Source: Anolis carolinensis (taxonomy: Eukaryota). Taken from it: a stretch of 64,000 bases of DNA. Numbering within the stretch: position 1 is the stretch's first letter; every line of letters begins with the position of its first letter. Shown here piece after piece: positions 25,682 through 37,262 of this stretch. Under the pieces are notes generated by a model, which saw only the letters and a program-made list of their open reading frames with translations, was not told the DNA's origin and searched no databases. A program made the position numbers and the translations under genes. The stretch covers positions 5,890,001-5,954,000 of the forward strand of contig NC_085847.1 in NCBI RefSeq assembly GCF_035594765.1, given 5' to 3'.

Positions 25682-25745
<64 letters not shown>
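25679..25745. repeat. (CTAT)n microsatellite
   Basis: Direct inspection. Confidence 0.95.
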
Positions 25746-25746
<1 letters not shown>

Positions 25747-26062
25747 GTCATACATGTCAGATAGAGAAGATGGCAAACCGATAAGATAGACAGACAGATA
25801 GATGACAGGTAAGATAAATAAACCGATAGGCAAGATGATCACTAGAATAGGATCTGTGTCTTCCTTGTCACTTGCCTATCCACCCACCTATAAATCTGAT
25901 CTATCTCTCTATTCATCATCTTCTCGCTCTCTCTCTCTCTTCTCCATCCTTTTTCTCTCATCTGTTGGGTGACCCTTCACCTGTTGCTGGATTCCCGCTC
26001 CCAGCATCCCCGGTGGCGAGGACTGCTGGGGTTGTTGCCCCACAACAGCCTTGGCAAGGAAG

Positions 26063-26275
26063 GGTTATCTGATCCCAGGTTTTCTGCTTTAAACTGGATT
26101 ATATGAGTCTGCACTTCCAGATAATCTGGGATAAACAGAAAACCAGGGTTAAGATCCTGGGATATAGGGCCCACTTTCAGGGCCCTTCCACACAGCCATA
26201 CAATCCATAATATCACGGCAGATAATCCCACAATATCTGCTTTGAAGTGGGTTATCTGACTCCACACTGCCATAT
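26063..26275. mobile_element. Fragments of a lizard-type non-autonomous DNA element (MITE)
   Basis: Internally repeated GGGTTATCTGA / CAGATAATC / TCTGCTTT motifs around GGGCCCTTCCACACAGCC. Family assignment is from recognition only. Confidence 0.45.
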
Positions 26276-26430
26276 GTTTCAGTTCTAAGCAAAAAATGTG
26301 GGATTTTATTCAACTGGCAAAGGCACCTCTGAAGAAATCTGGCCAAGCAAAATAGGACTGAATGTACTTGAAGACACACAAGTGGGGTCTTTGCGCCGGG
26401 CCCTGCCAGCGCCCATGCCCGGCTCGCCAG

Positions 26431-26611
26431 GCCGCCATGGCAACGCCAGGCTGCGGCTGATTTGCATGCTTTGCCCAGCACATTGTGGGCAGCATTTGCA
26501 TACCATTTGCATGAAGGAGCCGGACAGGGCAGGCTTGCGCTGGAATATTGTGCCTGGGGGGGGGGGGGGGATGCAGATGCTTTCTGGCTTCCTGGCATTC
26601 ATTCTTTAGAG

Positions 26612-26665
<54 letters not shown>

Positions 26666-27103
26666 TTTGCATGACAGTTCTTCATCCACTCCTGCCCTTT
26701 CTTGTGATAGCATGCCAACTTTCTTGCTGTGGGGGACTAATGCCAAGGTGTCCTAGGCTGTAACTATTCCAGCTCTTGGCAGGTCTGAAGGGTGCCAAGG
26801 TGCTGCTGTCTTGTGCCTCTGGGCCAGTTGGGTTCCTTTGCGCCACAATGGTCTTTCTTACGTTCCAGGTGCCTTCCAAGGGGGCCAATGCCAGCCTGCG
26901 CATGGGCTCAGCACCCTGGAGAGGGCCTCTGGTGCCAGCCCATGCCCACAATGGCTTCTCCATCCCACTTGGCACGGGAGGTGTCTGGGCTGCACAGATC
27001 TTTCCCAAGAAGCAGGGCACGCTGGGAAGAAGAGGCGGCATTTGCATCCCACCCGGGTGCCAGGCCCCCATTTGCATCATCCGCATGCAAATGGCCATCT
27101 TGG
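26431..27103 (+). promoter_or_regulatory. Octamer (ATTTGCAT) cluster upstream of the KRAB-ZNF gene
   Basis: Perfect octamers at 26460, 26494, 26505, 27040, 27070 and 27085 (reverse orientation). X-box-like GCCGCCATGGCAAC at 26431; YY1-like GCCATCTTG near 27094. Confidence 0.6.
26612..26663. repeat. (ATT)n microsatellite
   Basis: Direct inspection. Confidence 0.95.
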
Positions 27104-27290
27104 CAAGCTGGCCTTGACCTCTTCTTCCTTTTTCTGTCAGGTATGGAGCTGCGGAGGGGGTCTCTTCAGGCGGCACCAGGGCTGCCCAGGAAGCAGGTAC
27201 AGTGCCGCCCCAAGCAGCCCACCGACTGACTGACTGAATGCCCGCACCGGTTGGCACGGCTTCAAGGAGAAGCTCCTCTGGCAGAGCAAC

Positions 27291-29958
27291 ATGGCCGGGG
27301 CTGCGGGGCCTCTTCCTCAGGTAGGTGCCACGGCTGGCAAAGGTCCGCCCTTCCCATGGTGCCCTCTCTCCTAATGTGCCCCGGCTTCTCTCCCGCTTCC
27401 CTCCTTGGCCCCCGGCTTGTTTCAATGGCCACAAAGGGCGTTCCCAAGAGGCTGCCTTGTGTCTTCCGCCTCTGCAATGAACCCGTGCCCACGTTTCCCC
27501 TCTTCCAGGAGCCACTCACCTTTGAGGACGTGGCCATTGCCTTTGCCCCCAAGGAGTGGGCGCAGCTGGTGGGTTGGCAGAAGGCGCTCTACCACGAGGT
27601 GATGCGGGACAACTACGAGACCCTCCGCTCTTTAGGTAACTCACAGCCCCGGCTTGGCCCAGTCGCCCTCTTTCCACATCTCTTCTGGATTTCAGTCTGA
27701 ACAGTAGAAGCGTTCCCTGCTGCTCAGAATGCCTTGGAGATGTTTGTCTTGCAGACTACAACTCCCAACAAGCCAGACTAGGGGTTGGGGGGGGGGGTTG
27801 TAGTCTCCCAGAGCAGCGGAATTGTGGGACGTGCTTGTGTGCTTCTCTGCCTAGAGCTCGTGGAGCACAAGCCGGAGATCCTCCTGCGGATGGAGCGGGG
27901 AGAGGCGCCCTGGGCCGGCGGAGGCCAGGAGGCCAAGGGCAGCGAGGCCTCGACCCCAGACTGCCTGGGTAAGTCCAGCTGGGCATTCCTCTCAACCCCA
28001 AGATCATGGCTCTGGCGTGCAGTCCGCCCTTTGGGTGGGAAATAGGGCTCCGAGACGTCAGGGCAGAGGGTTGTGGGCCCCTCGGAGGTCTTGATGCCAC
28101 CCTCCGCACCTGGCACCTCTCCACCTGGGGCAACCATCATTCTAGTTCTTCACTTCACTTCACTTTACTTCTTAATTAGTTGCTCTCCACCAGAATGCTC
28201 CGAGCGACTTACAATTTAAAATATCATTCCACAATATAGAAAACATTCATCATAAAAACATTCAACATAAAAACATTCAACCTAAAAACATTCAACAGTG
28301 ACTATTTGGCAAATTAGATCTGATTTACTTAAATGCACAACCAAACAGCCAAGTCTTGAGAGCTTTTCCAAAAGGTCGCAACTCTGACATTGCTCTAAGA
28401 TATGGAGGCCGTGAGTTCCACAGAATTGGAGCATCGGTCAAAAAGGCTCTACGCCTTGTAGCTTCCAGGCATACCTCCCTTGGGCCCAGTACGTGTAGGA
28501 TATTTTCCTGGGAGGATCGAGGTTCTCTCTACAAGCGGCCTGTGGTTTCTCCTTGCAGGGCTGGCCCAGGTCCAGATCAAGACGGAATCCAACCTGGAAG
28601 AAAACCCCGCTGGACTGCCATGCCATGCTGGAGACCAGAAGGCTTCGAAGGGCAGCAGGGAGGGTGGCACCCTTGGCACGTTGTCCCCTTGGCCTGAGCT
28701 CAATGCCGGCGGAGTGCCTGCCTTGGGGCAATGGCCAAGCCAGCTCTGGTGGCCCAACGGTGCCATGGTGGGCAGGCAAGCGGCCCCGGTGACCTTCCAA
28801 GCCAGGAGTGCCTTCTGGCCCACCGAGAGCGCCCCAGAGGAGATGCGTCTGATTTGCACCCGCTGCCAGAAATGCTTCCCTGCCCGTCCTGCGGGGGTGG
28901 AGGGTGCTGCACAGCTCTGCCCCAAGTGTGAAAGGGGCCCCACGAAGGCTCCACCCTGTTCCTGTGCCCACTGCTTGCCACCCCGGCCGAGACCCCCCAG
29001 GGAGGAGCGGCCCTACAAGTGTGCCAAGTGCGAGCGCGGCTTCCGCTTTGTGCACGAATACACCTGGCACCAGAAGGTCCACGCCGGGGAGAAGAGCTAC
29101 AAGTGCGGGGCCTGCCAGAAGGTCTTCCGCCACAAGCAGGAGCTGAGCTGGCACCAGCGGGCGCACGCGGCCGAGTGGCCCCACCAGTGTGCCGCCTGCC
29201 AGAAGCACTTCCGCTTCAAGCAGGAGCTGGCCTGGCACCTTAAGAGCCACGCGGCCGAGCGGCCCTACAAGTGCCCCGAGTGCGAGAAGAGCTTCCGCTT
29301 CAAACAGGAGTTCATGTGGCACCAGCGGGCACACGTGGGCGACCAGCCCTACAAGTGTCCCGAGTGCGAGAAGAGCTTCCGCTTCAAGCAGGAGTTCACC
29401 TGGCACCAGCGCAGCCACGCGGGAGAGAAGAGCTACAAGTGCCCCGGCTGCGACAAGAGCTTCCGCTACAAGCAGGAGTTTGTGTGGCACCAGCGCATCC
29501 ACACCGGGGAGCAGCCCTACCCGTGCGCCTCCTGCAGCGCCACCTTCACCTGCCGCCAGGAGTACATGCGCCACCAGCGCCTCCACGACGGCGAGAAGCC
29601 CTACCAGTGTCCCCACTGCGAGAAGACCTTCCGCCGGGGCTCCACCCTCATCCGCCACCGCCGCCTCCATGCGGGCGAGGGGCCCCTCAAGTGCGCCCAC
29701 TGCGAGCGCACCTTTGGCCAGAGCACCCACCTCGCCAAGCACCAGCGGATGCACGCGCTGAAGGGCAGCTCCGGGGAGGGGGCCATGGCGGCCGTGTGGG
29801 GCCCCTGTTTGCCAGCGTCGGGGGCAGCGCTCCCCCCGGAAGGCATGAACATCCTGAGCTTGAAGACCGTCTCGGTGGGCGCCCTGCTCTTGCTCAACCT
29901 CCAGGACCCAAAAGTGGGCAAAGGGCCGACTGGCACTGCCTGGCAAGCGCCGATGTAA
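27291..29958 (+). CDS. KRAB-A/B C2H2 zinc-finger protein, 9 fingers, about 556 aa
   Basis: Exons 27291-27320 (start uncertain; 27143-27196 is a phase-compatible alternative), KRAB-A 27509-27635 (127 nt, LTFEDVAIAF...EW...WQKALYHEVMRDNYETLRSL), KRAB-B 27855-27968 (KPEILLRMERGEAPW) and finger exon 28559-29958 with nine CxxC-x12-HxxxH fingers and TGEKPY-like linkers. Confidence 0.92.
28170..28520 (-). mobile_element. L2-like LINE 3' fragment in the ZNF intron
   Basis: CTCCGAGCGACTTACA tail and GAGTTCCACAG...GGAGC...AAAAGGCTCT resemble the antisense 3' end of an L2; a short AAAACATTCAAC repeat lies inside. Confidence 0.5.
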
Positions 29959-31029
29959 ATCCAAACTGGGAGCTGGAGGGTGGTTGGCAGAGTGGCACAA
30001 ATTCAGTCATGTGGGCAGTTGGTTTCTCCCCTGGCAGGACCATGCCAGTCTTTGGCAAGAGTGGGGACCTGGCACTGTCCCATGTTTTGATGCCAGGCAG
30101 TTAGAGAGAGCGGGACAGCTTAGTTCCACCGACTTTTGCCTGGGTTTGTGCCACAGGTGGGCACTGGTAGGGTCTTCCAGAGTGGGGCGGGTATAAACCA
30201 GCCTCATTCTTCATCCTGGGTTCCTATACCAGCAGCGGGTTCAACTAGATGGCCCATGGTGCCCCTTCCAATACCATGTTGAATCCAGAAGCCCTTTGGT
30301 TTCCTGCATTTCCGTGACATTTCTCCGGGTTGCCATCTTCCTATATATTCTCCTTGTGTCATGAAATATGCAATGCTTTTTAATGTCAGCGGAGCAACAA
30401 CAACAACAAGATACAGACTTTCTCAAGCTCATCTCTCTTTGGAGCTGGAGAGCCAGCCTTGAGCTCTCCATGGTGCTGAAGCCTAGCCATTCCCTAGGAC
30501 TCAGCCCTTCCTGCACCTCTGGGCCAGGAATTGGCCACTCTGCAGACATGCACTTGGGCCAAAGACAAGGCGGTGATTTCCCACTTCTGATGTAACTGTA
30601 TCCGCAAGCGGCCCAGGCAGAGAACTGCATTTTCTGGTTTTCTTATTCGCCTGTTAAAGTGCCTAGGGCAGTCCTGAGACCTGTATTCATATTTTGCAAA
30701 TATATATCTATATATCTCTATATTAAAAAAACACCTGCACATGCTCAGAGATCTCTTTCTCGAGGACTGTGGGGGATACGGCTCCAGCTCTTTAGCTCTC
30801 TGCACATGCTCAGGTACCGCCTATGATACCATGCTCAATTCTCACCAGCAGATGGTACCGGAGAGAGTTCCCTTCAGGCGCCAAGAGAGCTCACTTTTCC
30901 TTTTAAAAAGATTAACCTTTGCCTTTCCACTCAAGAGAGGATTCCTTGGGGGCAAGGAGTCCGCTCCGGGTTTCAGTCTGAACTGACAAGACAAATCGAT
31001 TGCAGGGTTTTTGCGGCTGAGTGGGGATT

Positions 31030-31049
31030 GGAACCTAAGTCTCCTAGAG

Positions 31050-31103
<54 letters not shown>
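31030..31103. repeat. (ATT)n microsatellite
   Basis: Direct inspection. Confidence 0.95.
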
Positions 31104-31292
31104 GCATGAGGAACTGCAGCCTCAGCATCAGACATTTCTTTGAGAGCAAAAAGCAACTGAAAATAATAATAATAATATGATAATGATGATATAAATTATT
31201 ACTATTATGGCACAAAGAACTGCAGTCTTAGTATTAGACATTTCCTTTGACCCGTAAGGGAGAGCAAGAAGCAATGAAAATAATAATAATAA

Positions 31293-31632
31293 TCTATATA
31301 TATAAAAGAGTGATGGAATCCTGGCGACCGACAAAACAACAAAACTAAACACCCCACAACCTCAAAAATTGATAGCACAACCCCTCATCCATGCCTCTAG
31401 GTTGATACAACAAAAAGAGAAGAAAAATAAAGTCCTAATTAGAGGGAGAGGAATAATTGTTTTTATCCAATTGCTGCCAGTTAGAAGGCTAAGCTCTGCC
31501 CACTTGGTCTCCTAGCAACCCACTCAGCCCAGGGGACAGGCAAAGTTAGGCCTCACTTAGACCTGATCCACACTGCCTATAAAATACAGACACCACCAGA
31601 CAACGCCACAGTAACGCGTGGCCGGGCACAGC

Positions 31633-31635
<3 letters not shown>
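31293..31635 (+). mobile_element. Non-autonomous Helitron-like element
   Basis: Starts 5'-TC(TATATATATAAAA), ends with GC-rich subterminal AACGCGTGGCCGGGCACAG-CTAA (CTRR), and is inserted between A and T in an (AAT)n tract with no TSD. Confidence 0.65.
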
Positions 31636-31681
<46 letters not shown>

Positions 31682-34307
31682 TGTATGACAATGATGATAT
31701 AAATTATTGTTATTGTTATTGTTATTATTATTATGGCATGAAAAACTGCAGCCTCAGCATTGGACATTCCCTTATGTTATTATCATTATTATCTTGTGTT
31801 GTTTTATGTCTTTCCCCTTGCCCTTTGCACATGGCGCCTGCTCTCCCTTCTGGCTCAAAGGGAAGGTCTGTTTCCAGAGATTAGGTCTGCAGCGTGAAGA
31901 AGCCAATGCTGAGCCTGCGCTTCTTCGTGCCAAGGGGTGGGGGGGGGGTGGGGTGGGGGGGGGCAGGCATGCTTGTTTTTCTCCCTGGCCGGGCGATGGC
32001 CACCCAAAGGAAGCCTCTGAAGTGTTTCTCCAGGTCTCTCCTGCCTTGACCCCTTGGGTGACACAATGCCAGGAAGCCGAGGGGGAAGTGTGTGCTTTTC
32101 CCTTCTTCCTCCTCCGCCCTCCTTGGCTCCATCCACGGGGCCTTGTGGAGTCTGCTCTCCCCTTGACCCCACTGGGCTGCCACATCTGTGCCAATCTCCC
32201 CAATTGGGGAACGCAGGCCAAGGCGCCTTCCGAGTGCCCACATGGTGCCCAAGTTGGCACAGCGGAGCAATCACATGGCGTACATGTCCCCTTCTTGGAA
32301 CGTGGCCTCTTGGTGCCAGCCTCTCCTTTTCAGTGCAGAAAATGGCATTTCTTGGGCATTGGCTTTGGCCAAGAACTGCAAAGGTCCTGGGTTCGCCCTC
32401 CTGGATGCTGGGAGATGCAACCGGCCTTTGGGCCTCCTGCAGAGGATGCTCTGCCCTAAGCACACACCCCCCCCCCCCCCAAAGAGAAGCCACCCGTCCG
32501 GCAGAAAACAGCCTTTGCGACAGCAAAAAGGGATCAGAAGGAACTCTTTTTGACGCCAGATCCAGCTCCTTGAAGGGAAACAACAACAGGCAAGGATGGG
32601 GAAGGTGTCCTTTCTGGGGGGAGGACACATCCCAGCATCCTCCACCAAACCAGTGGGAGATAAAGCAGAATACAAATAAAGTTTTATTCTTAGGAGCATG
32701 GTCTGGTGCCCGCCAGCTTTACATGTTGTTCAGCAGAGCTTGGGCAGGAAAGGATTTGAGTTGGGGGATTCTGGGAGCGGAAACCTTCCCCAAAGGCCCT
32801 TCCCCACGGCCAGGGGTTGAGGCCACCATTCGGAGGGCCAGCCACCCATCTTCCTCCTGTCGGAGCCTTCATAAGAAAGGAAGCCGGGTGCGCCAAGGCC
32901 ACAAGAAGACCCAGAAGCCAAGACTGTTTTCCCCCCGACAGTTGGGAGCCAGGCCAAGAAGAAGGGTTGGCCACAGGGTTGGCCGTCTGGATCCAGCTCA
33001 GCTAAACTGAAAGAGGAGCAGGCGCATGTTTGTGGCAGGCAGGTGCCCCCAATTTGCCCTGAAGGGACCCCTTTGTGGAAGGCGGCGGAGGAAGGCCAGG
33101 CCAGGCCCCCCAGCTGGCCTGCCTTCCTCTGATCCAGGTGCAAAGCCAAAGGACAGGCAGGTGTGAGGCCCAAATGACAGGTTTCCGGGAGGAATGCCCA
33201 CAGGGCAAGTCACACCTGGTTGCCGGTCCAAGGAGGGGGCACAGCCAGGGAGGGATTAAGGCTGGCCGGCCTGGGGGGGCGGGGGGGGGGGCGGGGAGGA
33301 GAGGCCCGCCTGGGCATGCCAGGGATTCCAGCCAGGCAGGCAGGGCTGCTTTTGCCTTTCGGCTGGCTTGCACTACAACGGCCACCATCCCCAGCCATCG
33401 CCACCCGCTTAGAGGGTTTCCTTGGGCAAGGAATTCCTGGCAATGGCTTGTGCCATTTCCTTCCTCCGAAATACCTTGAGGTTCTCAAGGCCTCCAAATT
33501 TGGTCCCAGATTCTCCCCATTGGCCAAATCCTGTCCGAGGTTTATTGATGGAAGGGTGCAAATGCCTTTGGGTTTGAAGACTGAAGGAACCCAGGCTGGA
33601 AAAAAAGAGAAATGGCCCTCAGGTGAAGGAGGGAGGGAGGGAGGGAGGGAGATTGGGGAAGGGTTGAAGCTGGCACCCCTGCCGGAGGGCGCCAAAGGGT
33701 GCTTGCCTTGGAACGGAACCAGGGGCCCTTCTCCCTCCCCTCCCCTCCCCTCCCCTCCCCTCCCCTCTCCTCCCTTCTGGGCAAAGTGGGAGGGAAGGAG
33801 GCGGTGTTTCTTGGACGGCAGGCAGCCCTTTAAGAGCTCTGCCCCAGACCCATCGCTTGCTCGCCTGCCTGCCTGCCTGCCTGCCTGCTCTTTTGCTGCC
33901 CGTCGGAAGTACGCTCCAACTGCTTGCCCACCTGCCAGCTTGCTCGTTGCCAGAGGTTTCCTGTGATTGCTCACCGTTTCCCCGCTAACTGGCGTCTCCC
34001 ACCTGCCCACCATCAGTTATCTTCGACTGCCTGCCTGCCAGCTTACCAGCTATCAGAAGTCGGCTGCCCCCATCCACCCGCTGCCAACTTCCTTGCTGTC
34101 GGAGGGTGACTGTGATCGCCTGCCTGCCCGTCGAAGGTTTGCTACAATTGCCCGCCGGCCAGCTTGCTTGCCATTAGAGCTCGGCTGCGATTGCCCACCC
34201 GCTTGCCAGGCATCTGACGGTTGTAATAGCTTTGTAATAGCTTACCAAGCAGCGTGAGGCTCATCGGAGGTGAGAACCGGCCTGGCATTGGCATTGGCAT
34301 CCCCACC

Positions 34308-35579
34308 ATGGAGCAGCCTTCGGAGCTGGGGGAGCTGTACTACTACTACGAGGAGGAGGAGGAGGCCTCGGGGGCCAACTGGAGCAGCCTGCCAGGCCAC
34401 CCGGAGCCCTGCGCCTGGGAGGTGGAGGCCGCCGAGACAGACTGGGAGGTCTCCTTTGCCCTCCTGCCGGCCCTCTACCTGCTGGTCTTTGTGCTGGGCC
34501 TGGCAGGCAATGGCTTGGTGCTCCTGACCGTCTGGCGGGGCCCCGCAGGCAAGCGCCGCTCGGCCGACACCTACCTGGGCCACCTGGCGCTGGCCGACCT
34601 GGCCTTCGTGGTGACCCTGCCCCTCTGGGCGGCCTACACAGCCCTGCGCTTCCACTGGCCATTCGGCACGGCCCTCTGCAAGCTCAGCAGCTACCTGGTC
34701 CTGCTCAACATGTTTGCCTCGGCCTTCTGCCTGGGCTGCCTCAGCTTCGAGCGCTACCTGGCCATCGTCCATGCGTTGCCCCATTCAGCCGGGCGTGGCG
34801 GGGTGGGCGCTGGCTCCTCATCCTCCCGGCCCCGCCTGGGTACCCTCCTCTCTCTGGTCGGCGTGTGGCTGATGGCGGGCCTCTTGGCCTTGCCGGCTTT
34901 GCTTCTCCGCGACACACGCGTCAGCCGACGGCACTACGATGACAGGCACTACGACGACTTTGGTGGCAACACCTCCGTGGGCACGGTGGTGGTGGTGGAG
35001 TGCGACATGGACTTCAGCGCCTTGGCATCCAGTCCTGAGGAAGAGGTCTACTGGCTGGCGGGCCTCAGCTTGGCCACCACGGCTCTGGGCTTTGCAGCCC
35101 CACTGCTGCTCATGACCCTCTGCTACTGCAGCATTGGGGCCGCTGTCCGGCGCCACTTCCGCCCACGGGCCCCCCGGCAACGGGATGAGGGGCGCCAGCG
35201 CCGACGCCTGCTGCGCATCCTGGTGGCCCTGGTGGCGGTCTTTGCTGGCTGCTGGCTGCCCTTCCACCTGCTCAAGAGCCTCTACGTCTTGGCCTGGGTG
35301 GGCATCCTGGAGCTGCCTTGCCCTGGGCGGGCACTCATCTTACGCCTCCACCCCTATGCCACCTGCCTGGCCTACCTCAACAGCTGCCTCAACCCCTTCC
35401 TCTACGCCTTCTTCGATGGACGCTTCCGTGCCCAGTGCCGGCGTCTGCTCGGTCTCCGCCAGGCCCGGCGTCGAGGTGGGAGTGGCAGCGGCGCCGGCCA
35501 GGCCGCGGGCTCCATCTCCTCCACCCTCAGCGGGCAGACCCAGAAGTCTGAGGCCCCCTCCCTGGGCACCAAGGTCTGA
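34308..35579 (+). CDS. APLNR2: Intronless class A GPCR, apelin-receptor-like (probably the non-mammalian APLNR2 paralogue), 423 aa
   Basis: Kozak CACCATGG. Seven hydrophobic segments with GN (TM1), LALAD (TM2), WPFG..LCKLSSY, ERY, CWLPFH and NSCLNPFLY. DWEVSFALLPALYLLVFVLGLAGNGLV and KRRSAD are APLNR-like. The paralogue name is inferred. Confidence 0.85.
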   Translation: MEQPSELGELYYYYEEEEEASGANWSSLPGHPEPCAWEVEAAETDWEVSFALLPALYLLVFVLGLAGNGLVLLTVWRGPAGKRRSADTYLGHLALADLAFVVTLPLWAAYTALRFHWPFGTALCKLSSYLVLLNMFASAFCLGCLSFERYLAIVHALPHSAGRGGVGAGSSSSRPRLGTLLSLVGVWLMAGLLALPALLLRDTRVSRRHYDDRHYDDFGGNTSVGTVVVVECDMDFSALASSPEEEVYWLAGLSLATTALGFAAPLLLMTLCYCSIGAAVRRHFRPRAPRQRDEGRQRRRLLRILVALVAVFAGCWLPFHLLKSLYVLAWVGILELPCPGRALILRLHPYATCLAYLNSCLNPFLYAFFDGRFRAQCRRLLGLRQARRRGGSGSGAGQAAGSISSTLSGQTQKSEAPSLGTKV

Positions 35580-37050
35580 GGGTGCTCCTGGGAGAGCAGG
35601 CCCACGCCACGCCCCGCTGAGGCCTGCCCTGCCCTGCCTGTTGCCCTGACCTGGGCATCTTTGGGGCACTCCTTCCCCATTCCTCTTTAGCCAGGTACCC
35701 ACATTCCTTGGCACTCCATTTTACGTTTCTTTGCAATGGCGTCTTCTTCATCTGCACCTTCCGACTTCACAGATGGACCCATGGCAGCTGATGCGGGCAT
35801 GGCAACAGACATTGACATGATGTTAACAACTTCCAAGAGGATTCTTATATAGTATGGTGCCAGGATGGTTGTCTGGAGCACATAAGGACATTTCTAATGT
35901 ACGGCAGAAAGGTGAACAACAAGGAGGGGATCTTTTTGCCTGTCTGGTCGACGTGGGTTGGCATTTTCCTGGCACGCTCTCTCTGCTCTTCTTGGAGCCC
36001 TCCCCTGGCCCTTGGTTGGGCACCTGCATCCCTTTTGGGCGGGTCCCTTTGGCGGTGGCCCCTTGGACATCCATGAAAAGACTCAGGACAAAAGAAGGAA
36101 ACACGATTCTTCCACCAAGTGCTTAACTTTTGCATGTTGATTTCCTGATTTTGGGCAGATGGGGCAGCTGAAAGCTGCTTTGGGTTTCAATAGTCAATGG
36201 AAGGAAGGAAGAGCTGGAATGGGTGGGATGTTGCCCTGGGTTTCTCCGCTGCTTCCTTCCGCCTGTGCCCATCTCTCTTGGTGGCACCAGTCCACCTCTG
36301 CGTGGTTCACCCACTGAGAGTGGCAGAAGGGCCAAGTGCAAGGACTTGGGCTCTTGTGAGATTGCTGGACTCCAGAAACCTGGCAGATGATTTGCTCGGT
36401 GCCGTCTCGTCTGTTAGGCAACTGCACCACCTGCCGGCACAGCAGGCGTAGCGCACCGAAAGGATGCCAGGCTTTGCGCCTGCGAAGAAAACAGCTTCCC
36501 CTCCCCCCAAAGAGGCCTCTGCTTTTGGAAGCTAAGCAGGGCTGGGGTGGTTCACCTTGGGATGGGAGGCCTCCAGGTAAGGCTGAAAGCCCTGGGTGCC
36601 AGTCCCAGTTGGCAATACTGGGTTAAATGGGTCTGACTGAGCGTTCCATAGCCTTCCTCTTGTCTGTGGACTGTAGCTCTCACTGCAGTCTGGCAGCACC
36701 GAAGTCTGCGACTGTTGGGGAAGAGAAGAGGGCACCCTCCCTTTCTTAGCCAGGTTTAGGCCTGGACCCTTTGTAGTCATTGTTGTCGGGTCTCTGAGCA
36801 TGCACAGAGTGTGTTTCCCCTAACAAACTTAACCTGCACCAAAAAGGAAAGGAAAAGATTTTCTGGCAGGACAAAAATGTGAAGGTGCTTTTGAACCCAA
36901 GACCAGAGGCGGACATTTGGGCTTGAGGTTGACCCCTCTTGTTTCTCAAAAGTGCAAAAGGAATGATTCTCAATGAGGAAAAGCAATTGGGGGCATGGGG
37001 ACGGGGGACGAGGACACATATTTTTAGCACCAGGCTTTGACTCAACAGCC

Positions 37051-37056
37051 AATAAA
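37051..37056 (+). terminator. AATAAA poly(A) signal, probable GPCR 3' end
   Basis: Followed about 30 nt later by a T/GT-rich tract. Confidence 0.6.
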
Positions 37057-37262
37057 AATATTTCCAATAACCCAGTGCAATCTTTGTTTTTCTCTTTGTA
37101 TTCTGTGTGTTTTTCAGTTCTTGCACCCCAAGGGACGGGATGGTTCAGTCTCGCCCCAATGGTATGCCCATCATCCAGTCTCTAAAGACCTCCAAAGGGG
37201 ACTTGATGACTTCCCAGGGCAGTCCACAATCCACCAGAGATGGAAGGGAACCCCATCTAGTC

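Noticed and set aside
28438-30000. 520-aa minus-strand ORF
   Set aside because: Antisense shadow of the GC3-rich zinc-finger exon; no recognisable domain.
33270-33300. Poly-G tracts as functional G-quadruplexes (also near 14915, 26555, 31940, 37760)
   Set aside because: G/C homopolymers are scattered throughout the window with no positional pattern.
31700-34013. Several 250-318 aa ORFs upstream of the GPCR
   Set aside because: Chance ORFs in GC-rich sequence containing homopolymer and simple repeats.
34254-34307. N-terminal extension of the GPCR from a GTG start
   Set aside because: The ATG at 34308 has a strong Kozak context and gives a normal-length N-terminus.
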